Both the position numbers and the translations under genes were made by a program. The notes beneath the pieces are model-generated. The model saw nothing but the letters and a program-made list of their open reading frames with translations. It did no database searches and was not told the DNA's origin. A stretch of DNA of 64,000 nt, from IMG/VR virus record IMGVR_UViG_3300032319_000936, positions 116,759-180,758 of that record; one strand, 5' to 3'. The stretch comes from a virus. Lineage: Duplodnaviria > Caudoviricetes. Of this stretch, positions 20,418 to 29,633 are shown piece after piece. Within the stretch, counting starts at the first letter, position 1, and each line of letters opens with the position of its first letter.

Positions 20418-20597
20418 TTAATTACTTACTTTTGTTTCGTGGCTATTGCAAAGGACATTGATAATTTGGCCCATTCTAGACGGGTTTCCAAATTTTAATA
20501 AGTCGCTATTGATTTTAGATACAGCTGCAGAACGCTGCTGATCAGGCTTTAGCCAGTTTCTTTTTTTTGCTCTTAGTTTTCTCCAAATTTTTCTCAT
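20418..20597 (-). CDS. Small basic 59-aa ORF overlapping the resolvase 3' end
   Basis: Manual translation MRKIWRKLRAKKRNWLKPDQQRSAAVSKINSDLLKFGNPSRMGQIINVLCNSHETKVSN. Confidence 0.45.
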   Translation of the reverse strand: MRKIWRKLRAKKRNWLKPDQQRSAAVSKINSDLLKFGNPSRMGQIINVLCNSHETKVSN

Positions 20598-21264
20598 TCT
20601 TACCTTCTAATATTTCTCTTAAATATAATAAAATCCAAGTTGCATCTACCAAATCATCAACTGGCTTATTTACAGCTTTAGCTCCTGTAACCCATTCAGA
20701 TTTATTGTCTGCTAGTGTTTTACAAAAATTATCCAAGTTTGTTCCATCTTTTTCTCTATTACTCAAAGCTTCATATAATTCGTCCTTCTTAGCATTACCT
20801 TTTAAAGCGAATTTTTTTATAGAGGTTGGAGAAAAAACATAAAAATTATCACTTCCTATATGACTACATATTCTTTCTCTTAATAATGCTGTAGCCATTG
20901 ATATATCAATCAGTGCATTACCATTAGAGGAAAAACTAAGTCCTTCCATAGCTATCTTAACCTCCTCCTCTCTATTGTCTATTACGTCACGGATGCCGTT
21001 CCATAAAGTCAAAACAACATCCAGAAAATAGTCGATCTTTATTCTTTCCCTTTCAGAATATTCATCAGGGATAGGTTTTCTATCTAGAAACTCTATCCTG
21101 AAATCAGAACTAGCAGATAGAACAGAATAGGGTTTCTTTGCGTTTTTCAAAAGAGAATCCCGGTCTCTATCAGACCTAGTGATTGAACCCCAGTGGTACT
21201 TACCGTCAGCTAGTATACAAAAAGCAGGTGAGTTTAAGGAAAAATCTATTCCTACTAGAATCAT
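20542..21264 (-). CDS. RuvC-like Holliday junction resolvase
   Basis: GIDFSLNSPA, IAMEGLSF, PTSIKKFA-KGNAKK and DDLVDA. Confidence 0.85.
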   Translation of the reverse strand: MILVGIDFSLNSPAFCILADGKYHWGSITRSDRDRDSLLKNAKKPYSVLSASSDFRIEFLDRKPIPDEYSERERIKIDYFLDVVLTLWNGIRDVIDNREEEVKIAMEGLSFSSNGNALIDISMATALLRERICSHIGSDNFYVFSPTSIKKFALKGNAKKDELYEALSNREKDGTNLDNFCKTLADNKSEWVTGAKAVNKPVDDLVDATWILLYLREILEGKNEKNLEKTKSKKKKLAKA

Positions 21265-21267
21265 AAA

Positions 21268-21510
21268 TTAGGCTTTTGGCTTCAGTTCGACTCTTTGTCC
21301 AGCTGCGCCAGTGTATCCATAAACCTTGATAAGTTTATTGTAGCACTTCTTCATTTGATCCTCTGATAGACAGTTTACAATGTCAATCAAAACTCTTTGA
21401 TCATTTCCGGAAGCTGCTACAAGCAAGTCCATCATGTTTTCTTTGGAGTTTATAAGAGGTTGTGCAAACTCCATTTCGTTTAATTCCTTAACTGTTGAAA
21501 ATTTCTTCAT
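21268..21510 (-). CDS. Hypothetical protein
   Basis: 80-aa ORF after a GATATATA motif (21531-21538). Confidence 0.65.
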   Translation of the reverse strand: MKKFSTVKELNEMEFAQPLINSKENMMDLLVAASGNDQRVLIDIVNCLSEDQMKKCYNKLIKVYGYTGAAGQRVELKPKA

Positions 21511-21536
21511 CTTGTTTAAATTTCTTTATGTATATA

Positions 21537-22094
21537 TCAAACTCCCTCTTTGGCTTCCAGATGTATCTCAATGAAGTTACACGAGAAGTTAAGTGTAAAA
21601 GTTTGAACCTCCGGAGAGTTTTGTGTGTAACCTAATGTGAGGTTAGAGATGGCTGTAAGAATAGTCTTCTTGAAACCCACTGTGGAAACTATATTACCGT
21701 TATTGTCCATCAATCTGATACTTAAATCGTAATCATACTGTATTGGATTTTTAAAATCAAGGTACCAAAGCAGCGTGTCCATCATAACCAGATAGTTAAT
21801 ATAGCCATCGAGAAGCTTGAATGTAACAGTGAAATCCTGAGTGAATAAATCCTGGATTGGCACTGAACCCTTATATCTTTGCTTCTTACCAAGATATCTT
21901 GTCTGTTCCACAGTACCAGACTGTAGCTCCGGAAAGGTTATAGATTGTATCGTACTATTCATCATTTGTGCAATAGTATCGTACGGAATGGGTTGCTTCC
22001 TTAAATAAGGAAGGTATTTATTAGTTACGCTCTCAGGAAAAAATCCTTTAGGAAAGACGAAGTAAAAATTACTACCTTTGGAATTAAGAATCAT
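21537..22094 (-). CDS. Tail-tube-fold protein (gp3/gp19-like tail completion)
   Basis: IQSITFP, FTVTFKLLDGYINY..W, LMDNNGN..F and TFTLNF pattern; lies near uvsW/Y as in T4. Confidence 0.6.
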   Translation of the reverse strand: MILNSKGSNFYFVFPKGFFPESVTNKYLPYLRKQPIPYDTIAQMMNSTIQSITFPELQSGTVEQTRYLGKKQRYKGSVPIQDLFTQDFTVTFKLLDGYINYLVMMDTLLWYLDFKNPIQYDYDLSIRLMDNNGNIVSTVGFKKTILTAISNLTLGYTQNSPEVQTFTLNFSCNFIEIHLEAKEGV

Positions 22095-22100
22095 CTATCC

Positions 22101-22697
22101 TTATCTATTTTTTTTAGTCAGAAGAGAACTGACATTAATTATACTCCCAGCAGCCTGGATAAACAAATCAGGGGTCAAGCCTGGAAATTGCTTATACCCA
22201 AGATTTCCCGGTGTTAGGAAATATGCTATTGTAGCAGCATCTGTCCACCCCGATGATTTAAAAGCACTAACTATACCAGATACACCTTGAATAATCTCGG
22301 CGTTTGTAAAAGGAGACGTTGATGCTGCTGCTGTTGTTTTCGTTTGTGTCTTTGTGGGATCCGCTTTATATGCCCCTGTTAATCCTGCTTGAGGGCCTAT
22401 GCTATAAAGAAAAGATCCCGCTGAGGTTACTTTCTGTAATAGCTCTTGAGGACTAGTCACTGCGGTTGTTTTTGGTGCTGTCGCAGGTCCTGTTGCTGCC
22501 GTCACGCCAACCTGTATTGATTCGCTTACTATAGCTGAACCTGGGATGCTGTAAGTTGTTCCAGTAGGCTTCCAGTAACCCCAATACACAACAGATATCG
22601 GTAAATTACTAGGAGCATCCGGGCGGGTAGAAACGACCTGTGGGGTTGCCTTTCCCCCAACAACGGAATACTGGGATTTTTTTCTTGATACTGCCAT
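22101..22697 (-). CDS. Putative structural protein (possibly the C-terminal part of 22709-24484)
   Basis: 198-aa A/T/S-rich ORF. Confidence 0.6.
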   Translation of the reverse strand: MAVSRKKSQYSVVGGKATPQVVSTRPDAPSNLPISVVYWGYWKPTGTTYSIPGSAIVSESIQVGVTAATGPATAPKTTAVTSPQELLQKVTSAGSFLYSIGPQAGLTGAYKADPTKTQTKTTAAASTSPFTNAEIIQGVSGIVSAFKSSGWTDAATIAYFLTPGNLGYKQFPGLTPDLFIQAAGSIINVSSLLTKKNR

Positions 22698-22708
22698 TTC
22701 TAAATTTA

Positions 22709-24484
22709 TTATTTATTTTTCGTAACTGTAACGTTCACATTAGGGCTCGTTTGTACGCTGGTTACAGTACTAACTGGGTCTCCCCCCTGAGTTATGAAAA
22801 ACCTACGATCGTTTAGCTGAAGTATGGTTCCGGATATAGAATCGTCCATCCTGAAAGCAACTTCTCCCTTAGAAGGATTAGCTAAATTCTTATCTCGTAA
22901 TGAAGGCACATATATCTTCTTTCCTGTGTTGTCTATAAACACCATCCTATAGTTTACGGTGTCACCTAAATCTATTTCAACCGGAGCACCATCAGATCCG
23001 CTCTTGTACAGCTTAAACTTATAATAGTTATCAAAAGGTGTAACATCCACGACTAATCTTCCAGCCGGTTGAGCTGTGGTTGGAGCCGCAGATGTATCAT
23101 TCTGAATAGATCCATTACGAATAATAAGCGGTATATTAGTGGTTGATATTATATTATAATTAATGAAAAGATTATTGGTCCTAACTATCTCAGTTGGTGT
23201 TGGGTTGGATTGCCCAGGAACTGTGAGTGAAGCTTGATTATAGACCTTATTATAGATCTTCATCACCTGAGGGAAAGTATTTAGCTGTATTGGAGAAATA
23301 TTAGGTCCCCATTGCCCAGGGTTATTAGAAGTGTATGTTCCTATTCTAACCACACGGGAGTTATCCACAGTGTTTACTAGAGACATTGTATACTTAAGGG
23401 TGAAGCTTGCAGCCACCGCAGAATTCCTAACTATGGGTCTATAGAAATTAGGAACGTCGTATCCTGTTGTCTGTATAGTCTGAAAAGTATTGGTAGTAAT
23501 AAGAGCAACACCTATCTGCTCCAAAGTTTCTATCTGGTGGTTGATATAGTAGTTGTTTCCAATAGAATTCTGGAAAAGTATAAAATCCTCTATGAACCCT
23601 TGATTATCTGTTGCAAAATATTCAAAAAATTGGCCAGATGCTGACTCCTTAATAACCGCACCTATATTAGCAAATGGGTCTTCGCTCTCTAGTGAAAGAG
23701 CAGAGATTAATTCAGAGTCATATTTCTCGTAACCAAGATAGTCTACTTTGTTAGCTACACTCCAAACCTCCATTCTAATCGGGGATGCATAAACATATCC
23801 TTTACCACTTTGACTGGTCAGTGCTGCAAGGGTTTGGCTTCTAAATGAAGCAGCGGCTGCCTGATACTTATTATTCATATCAGCCAAGCTTGGTACTTTG
23901 ACCTCAAAATATCTATCATAGATATTAGCACCTATTTTAAGAGGGCTAGGATTGAGGGTATATGCTTGCTGCGTTCCTTTCTGTATCAGTACCTGTGAGA
24001 ATGTCACGAAGGTCTGATTAACGTCCTGATATTTCACATTTATAATAACACCGCCTATATTAGATAGGTTATAACCTGCAACAATGTGATATCTTATAGA
24101 ATCGTAAACAACCTCTATGTTACCAGGAAAAGTTATTTGCAATTCATTGGTGGGTGTTAACTTATCGGTGAAGTCATTGAAAGGTATGATCAATCCAGGA
24201 TCAAGAGTAACGAAAGAGTTAGTCGAGATCTGAACCACACTATTTTCTCCAGTATTATGTGTTACCGGATAATTCTCATTAAGATTGTAAATCTGATTGG
24301 TCGGGACAATAGCTGAATTGTTTACAATGGCTGTAATGTATTCATTTACCATCTTATTAAATCCCACTGTTACGGTACCTGTGTTTACCGGATAGGTCTC
24401 AGGGTTTGGTTGGTCAGCATACATCCACTCCATTAGCAGATATGGTGTAAGCTGAACAAATTTAGATGTTGTACTATAAGCCAC
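22709..24484 (-). CDS. Putative virion structural protein
   Basis: 591-aa ORF in the structural block. Confidence 0.65.
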   Translation of the reverse strand: MAYSTTSKFVQLTPYLLMEWMYADQPNPETYPVNTGTVTVGFNKMVNEYITAIVNNSAIVPTNQIYNLNENYPVTHNTGENSVVQISTNSFVTLDPGLIIPFNDFTDKLTPTNELQITFPGNIEVVYDSIRYHIVAGYNLSNIGGVIINVKYQDVNQTFVTFSQVLIQKGTQQAYTLNPSPLKIGANIYDRYFEVKVPSLADMNNKYQAAAASFRSQTLAALTSQSGKGYVYASPIRMEVWSVANKVDYLGYEKYDSELISALSLESEDPFANIGAVIKESASGQFFEYFATDNQGFIEDFILFQNSIGNNYYINHQIETLEQIGVALITTNTFQTIQTTGYDVPNFYRPIVRNSAVAASFTLKYTMSLVNTVDNSRVVRIGTYTSNNPGQWGPNISPIQLNTFPQVMKIYNKVYNQASLTVPGQSNPTPTEIVRTNNLFINYNIISTTNIPLIIRNGSIQNDTSAAPTTAQPAGRLVVDVTPFDNYYKFKLYKSGSDGAPVEIDLGDTVNYRMVFIDNTGKKIYVPSLRDKNLANPSKGEVAFRMDDSISGTILQLNDRRFFITQGGDPVSTVTSVQTSPNVNVTVTKNK

Positions 24485-24497
24485 TTTTAATCAATTA

Positions 24498-25361
24498 TTA
24501 TTTAAAACCATCTGTTTGCAAAAACTTGGGAGAGAAATGAAATCCCGCACCAATATAAACACCAGGAGAAATACCACCTGCACCGACCACATAGCCAAAT
24601 CCCACATTTAATCCAAGGCCGAATCTCTTTCTTTCCTGCATTAAAGTTTTTCTGTTCTCCGGGGTATCCTTTATTTGAAATGAGTTAATATCGCTAAAAG
24701 TTATACCGGGATAGTCAGTGGATACCCTCGTCATTAGTCTTTTAGTTTTAGGATCTCTATAAAGTCCTGAAACTATGGATATTTGCTGTTCCATACTAAT
24801 CTCTGCGGAGTTAGTGATTAGATTAGCACTTACTATCTTAGGATCATTTTCATCCTGATTTATCTTGATCTCATATGGGATCTTACCGGAAATCTTCAAT
24901 GAATTCTGACCAGGTAGTGTTGGATTATGTGTAAAAGTTACATACTCCTGACCCGACTGATCTTTATGTACCTTAGTTGGTACGTCTCTAAAAACATCAA
25001 CATACTTAACAACAGTCTGTATTACAACCTCTGGTGTTTTTTTCTTGGATAAATCCAGCTTATTTATTAGGTCCTTGTTATCATCAGATAATTCAGACAT
25101 CTTTAGTTCATAAGCAGATTTCTCATTAACCAGATTGCCATTCTTATTGGAGATAAATCTCACCGAATCCTGAGAGGCCAATAAATTATTATGCTCTCTT
25201 TTTGCTTCAGCTTCAATTCTATCGCTTACGTTACATTGTCTAAGTAACAGCAAAGCTAAAATAGCAGCTGCTATAACAAAACCATTTCTTTTAAGAAACG
25301 AATAGGATTTTCCCTTTATTGTTTCTTCGTTATCCTTGATAACTTGCTTCAGATTTTTCAT
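24498..25361 (-). CDS. Membrane-anchored coiled-coil protein, spanin-like
   Basis: TM segment ending LLLRQC, then a coiled coil and C-terminal amphipathic beta strands RFGLGLNVGFGY..YIGAGFHF. Confidence 0.55.
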   Translation of the reverse strand: MKNLKQVIKDNEETIKGKSYSFLKRNGFVIAAAILALLLLRQCNVSDRIEAEAKREHNNLLASQDSVRFISNKNGNLVNEKSAYELKMSELSDDNKDLINKLDLSKKKTPEVVIQTVVKYVDVFRDVPTKVHKDQSGQEYVTFTHNPTLPGQNSLKISGKIPYEIKINQDENDPKIVSANLITNSAEISMEQQISIVSGLYRDPKTKRLMTRVSTDYPGITFSDINSFQIKDTPENRKTLMQERKRFGLGLNVGFGYVVGAGGISPGVYIGAGFHFSPKFLQTDGFK

Positions 25362-25608
25362 TTTCTTCTATTTTTTTCCACTTCAAAGAGAAAATGTCAA
25401 TTTGTCCCTTTCCGTATTTTTCAGAAAGCTGATCTAGAAAATTTAATTCCTCTGACCTTTTTCCCTCTAAATCCTTAATGAGTATCTCAGTTTTTTCTGA
25501 GAAATCCTTCATCATTTTCTCTATCTCACCTATTTCAGAATGCAATTTCTTATAGGTTCTAGATAGATCAAGAACATAATCTCTTTCCTCTTTTGTTAAA
25601 TCAATCAT
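25330..25608 (-). CDS. Small coiled-coil protein
   Basis: 92-aa ORF; LSEKYGKGQID. Confidence 0.65.
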   Translation of the reverse strand: MIDLTKEERDYVLDLSRTYKKLHSEIGEIEKMMKDFSEKTEILIKDLEGKRSEELNFLDQLSEKYGKGQIDIFSLKWKKIEENEKSEASYQG

Positions 25609-25642
25609 ATTTATCTATAGTTTAAAAGTATCCCATTTTATA

Positions 25643-27373
25643 TTAAGGGAAGCTCATTAGAGCTGCTAATGGTTCACCAGAAAGAATCGTAACTTTTGAT
25701 GTGTAGTTTGTTATTCTTAATGGATAGCTTTGTCCCGAGCATGTTTTCACATAAGCCATAACTTGATTGTTATTGTTATAATGATACATTATATCAAAAT
25801 AATAGCAAGGTGTTCCGAAAGTAACGAATTGCTCTTGGTATGTAGACTGTGTCGTTCCAGATATGTTTGTTAATTGATCCCACACTACGCCGACTATCTT
25901 TCGGTTAACGTTTGTAAAACTACCATAGTCAAGGAATATTCTGAATTCGTTAACATAAGAGGAACCATATAAAGGGTAGCCCTCTGGTTGCTGCGGATTT
26001 GTTACTGTCCTTGGTATTTTTACATAAACAGAATTCCCTCCCCGCCATGATGCGGGTAAAGTGAAAGTTACAGTATCTGTGTAAAAATTAGAAACGGAAG
26101 AAACGTCAGCGAAATATCTTAAATTTGCTGGTAATGTATTAGCTGCAATATAAAAACTTCCAGACTGTGCTGCAATCTGAGTGTTACCTACAACATGATA
26201 CGAGAACGGACCGGTAGGCCCTGTCGGAACTCCAGATGTCCATATATTATAAGAGGCGTAGCCATCACCGGTGGCTCCAAATACTGCTCTAGATCTAACG
26301 TCCCTGTATGCAACACCGGTTAGCGGATCAACCTCATCCAGTATAGCAGTTGATTGTTCAATACTGAAAACCTGTCTCCACTCGTCACCGGGGCTAGTAT
26401 ACTCTAGCTCCGACGAGAACTGTGTTGTATAAAACCTAGCCATCGCATTACTAGAAGTCGCTCCTCTGCTTATAACTACACCCTCTTTGCTACTCGCTAC
26501 AGAAGCTGCAGGCTCTATATTTATTTCTCCATACACATACGTTTCCATAGATGCATTTAGTTGGCTGCTTGTAAGCTGATAGTTATTTGTCTGTATCTGT
26601 AGACTTCCAGTAGAAGAGAAAGTAACAGATGACATCGTAATATCATTATAAGCATTAAAATATGCTCTCTGAGCGGACATGTTAGTATATCCTGAATATT
26701 GAGGATAGATTAGGAGGGATCCATTATTAGACGCCACATTGAAATCGTAATTACTATTGAAATTTACTCTAGAATTATTCCCCGTTTGATCCCAGTAAAA
26801 AGAAGGTTGTGAGGTAGAAGAACTATTTGATTTACGGAAAGAAAAAATGGGGGTAGCTGACTGATCATTCGTGCTAATTAGAAGCTTTGAATAATTAGGA
26901 TTTATGTAGCTAGCTGTGTTTCCGCCATCAGATATCACCAAAGATTTGTTATTCTGATTAGAATTTGAAAAATAGATAGCTGAATATTCGGTAGGCGCAG
27001 AAAAAGTAGGTATATCGTTTTTGACCTGGAAGAATTGTGATTCGGTCAGGGATATTCCTGTGCTTTGCCAGTTTGTACCGTCATACTGATACACGTTACC
27101 ATTACCGGTTACCCCTTGGTCTATCCATTGGTCATATTCATTAGCATTGTCTGGTGGAGTGACACTAAGTGTCCAGGAAGAAGCTCTTTGACCGCTCACT
27201 CCTGTTGCTCCCAATTGTCCAGCTCCACCCGGATACCCTGTAGGTCCTACTACACCTGACCTCCCATAAGGACCAGCAGAAAAAGAAACGATCTGAGAAA
27301 AGTTCTCATTTATCTTGTCTACTATGAGATCTTTAGTGTCTCCAGTGAATATTTGTTTATTACTAAATCTCAT
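25643..27373 (-). CDS. Fibre-like virion protein, paralogue 3
   Basis: GD..D....KINENFSQI N-terminus plus a collagen segment and a DQWID motif. Confidence 0.7.
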   Translation of the reverse strand: MRFSNKQIFTGDTKDLIVDKINENFSQIVSFSAGPYGRSGVVGPTGYPGGAGQLGATGVSGQRASSWTLSVTPPDNANEYDQWIDQGVTGNGNVYQYDGTNWQSTGISLTESQFFQVKNDIPTFSAPTEYSAIYFSNSNQNNKSLVISDGGNTASYINPNYSKLLISTNDQSATPIFSFRKSNSSSTSQPSFYWDQTGNNSRVNFNSNYDFNVASNNGSLLIYPQYSGYTNMSAQRAYFNAYNDITMSSVTFSSTGSLQIQTNNYQLTSSQLNASMETYVYGEINIEPAASVASSKEGVVISRGATSSNAMARFYTTQFSSELEYTSPGDEWRQVFSIEQSTAILDEVDPLTGVAYRDVRSRAVFGATGDGYASYNIWTSGVPTGPTGPFSYHVVGNTQIAAQSGSFYIAANTLPANLRYFADVSSVSNFYTDTVTFTLPASWRGGNSVYVKIPRTVTNPQQPEGYPLYGSSYVNEFRIFLDYGSFTNVNRKIVGVVWDQLTNISGTTQSTYQEQFVTFGTPCYYFDIMYHYNNNNQVMAYVKTCSGQSYPLRITNYTSKVTILSGEPLAALMSFP

Positions 27374-27380
27374 TTTATTT

Positions 27381-29075
27381 TTATGAAGTTGTAGACACAC
27401 ACCCGCAAACAATAGCGCTGTCGCTGGTGGTGTAATTCTTTAAATTTCCTCCCCAAGCTTTGAAATAAACTTTCCATTCATTTAGTGAATTCGTTTTAAC
27501 TATAGTAAATTCAAACTGATCTGCGTATGTATTCTCATTTCCGCCCGTTACAAGATCACCTAATAAAACTGCATTTTTCTTAGCCCCAGAAGAAAAAGTG
27601 AAAGTAGATGAAGGGTCGTTAGAATTAGGTGCGTCCAATATAATGACATTAAATCCCCATCCGCTAGATGTTGTATTAACTCTGAATGTCATGGATTCAC
27701 CTACGGAAACTAAATAGCCATATCCAGTTTTAGGTGCGGATGCAGAGTTTGGTATAAATATAGCAAGTGATTGCTTTGCTACTACACCACCTGTGTTTAT
27801 ATCGGCATGGAAAAATTCACCAATCTGATGACGCATTAGATTGGTGTTCGTAGTTGTACTTGTTGCTGCACCTACTGAATAAACATACTGCGATCCCGTG
27901 GTTTTTCCAGACCAAGTAGGCATGGATCCTGTACTATTATAACCGGATGCTGTTTTAGGATTTGGGAAATATCCGCTAGTTTTTTTAGCAAATTTATTGT
28001 TACCGTCAGAATCAGCCAGATAAAAATTGTTTGGTCTTGCTAAATAAGGTCCATAAGCAGAATATGAAGACGATCCGGTGTATTTGGCACTTAATAGATT
28101 TTGACCCGTATTATATGCGGTAGTTCTATTGTACGTGATACCATTTTGAACCATCACCGTATTTCTTCCGGTCGTTGCTGAATTAGTGAATGCCGAAAAA
28201 GAAACCGGTCCTGTAAATCCATAATTATTCCACACAGCATTTGCAGAGTTTATAGCCAATGTGGGGGAATTGATGCTAAAATCGCCAGTTGCTGCATAAT
28301 AATTAAGATCGCTAGAAAATGCTCCGGTTATCCCGGATCCTATGCTCACATCTTTGAATCTAACCTCATTATGAGCAACCCCATTAAAGTTTGCAACATT
28401 AAATCCAAGTCCTCCTTTTGCCTCGAAATTCAATCCATAAACATCAGAACTAGCTGTATTAGTAGTGTACCACTTGATTTTAGGAGTTAGTGAATTAAAA
28501 GAAGAACCGGTCTGATATTGATATTTAGAAAATTCTAAAAGAGGGAATCCAGTTGTTCCGCCAGTGCCAACCATTAATTTGGAAAGCTGTGGATTCTTAA
28601 CATTTGCTCCAGAAGCTCCCGAAAGTACTAATGTTTTTTCAGCGGGGGACGGTAAAGCTATAGTATAAGCCTGTGTTGGGTAACCTGATGTAAGGCCGGT
28701 AGTTGATGCTGCAATTTCAAAAACACCAGTTTGTGAAATTAAAAATCCTTGACTGACCCAGTTATATGATCCATTTGATTGCGTCCATTCGAAAACTTCA
28801 CAGTCATTAGCTAGGTCTACCCAATAGTCACCTCCAGTGACACCCGATGTTGGTCCCGTATCCTGAACAAACCAAAAATTACCTCTTTGTCCTTGAAATC
28901 CTATCGGGCCAGTAATCCCAGTTGCTCCATATGACCCAACTGCTCCAGGTATACCGACAGATCCATAAGCACCACCACCCGCATTTATAATCTGGTTAAA
29001 ATTATAATTCAGCTTGTTAGCTACGTCTGACTGGGAATCCCCTTCTTGTAAGTTTAAAAGCCTTAAATCTATCAT
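27381..29075 (-). CDS. Fibre-like virion protein, paralogue 2
   Basis: GDSQSDVANKLNYNFNQI, collagen, RGNFWF and GDYWVD. Confidence 0.7.
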   Translation of the reverse strand: MIDLRLLNLQEGDSQSDVANKLNYNFNQIINAGGGAYGSVGIPGAVGSYGATGITGPIGFQGQRGNFWFVQDTGPTSGVTGGDYWVDLANDCEVFEWTQSNGSYNWVSQGFLISQTGVFEIAASTTGLTSGYPTQAYTIALPSPAEKTLVLSGASGANVKNPQLSKLMVGTGGTTGFPLLEFSKYQYQTGSSFNSLTPKIKWYTTNTASSDVYGLNFEAKGGLGFNVANFNGVAHNEVRFKDVSIGSGITGAFSSDLNYYAATGDFSINSPTLAINSANAVWNNYGFTGPVSFSAFTNSATTGRNTVMVQNGITYNRTTAYNTGQNLLSAKYTGSSSYSAYGPYLARPNNFYLADSDGNNKFAKKTSGYFPNPKTASGYNSTGSMPTWSGKTTGSQYVYSVGAATSTTTNTNLMRHQIGEFFHADINTGGVVAKQSLAIFIPNSASAPKTGYGYLVSVGESMTFRVNTTSSGWGFNVIILDAPNSNDPSSTFTFSSGAKKNAVLLGDLVTGGNENTYADQFEFTIVKTNSLNEWKVYFKAWGGNLKNYTTSDSAIVCGCVSTTS

Positions 29076-29092
29076 CTATCTATATATTGTGG

Positions 29093-29617
29093 TTAAGGGG
29101 CTAGCACAAAATTTCCACTCCATCCGCCCTTTCCGTTGTAACTATAAGCCTCCCAGAAAACCCAAGGATAAGCGGTTGCTCCTGGCTGTGTGCTCGTTGT
29201 TGTAGTTGTATTTGATCCGAAAACAGTAATCTCTATTTGCGAGCAAATGTTTAGATTACCAGAGCTAGCTCCAAAGATGAAGTAGTCAGTATTAAGTGTT
29301 TGAGGTCTAGTAGTTCCATTCCAGAACCCTATAAAAGAAAATCCGGATAAGGAAGGCAAGGATGAACTGGGAATAGGTCTATCACATATTACTCTCAATT
29401 TAACAGCTTCGCTTTTTGGTAGGGTATCTATTGAAATATAATTAGCTACATTGAATCCAATACCAAGGTAAGACCCAATAGCACCTGCTGTAGCGGTGCT
29501 ATCTGATCCTACCGATCCATAAGATGGGTCTATAAAAATAGTTCTAGAATCTATTAGATCAAAATATGGTATTTCGTACCAATTTATTTTATTTTTTAAC
29601 TGAGGAGTAGGTGCCAT
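29093..29617 (-). CDS. Putative structural protein
   Basis: 174-aa ORF within the fibre cluster. Confidence 0.6.
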   Translation of the reverse strand: MAPTPQLKNKINWYEIPYFDLIDSRTIFIDPSYGSVGSDSTATAGAIGSYLGIGFNVANYISIDTLPKSEAVKLRVICDRPIPSSSLPSLSGFSFIGFWNGTTRPQTLNTDYFIFGASSGNLNICSQIEITVFGSNTTTTTSTQPGATAYPWVFWEAYSYNGKGGWSGNFVLAP

Positions 29618-29633
29618 ATTCTAAAACAAATAT

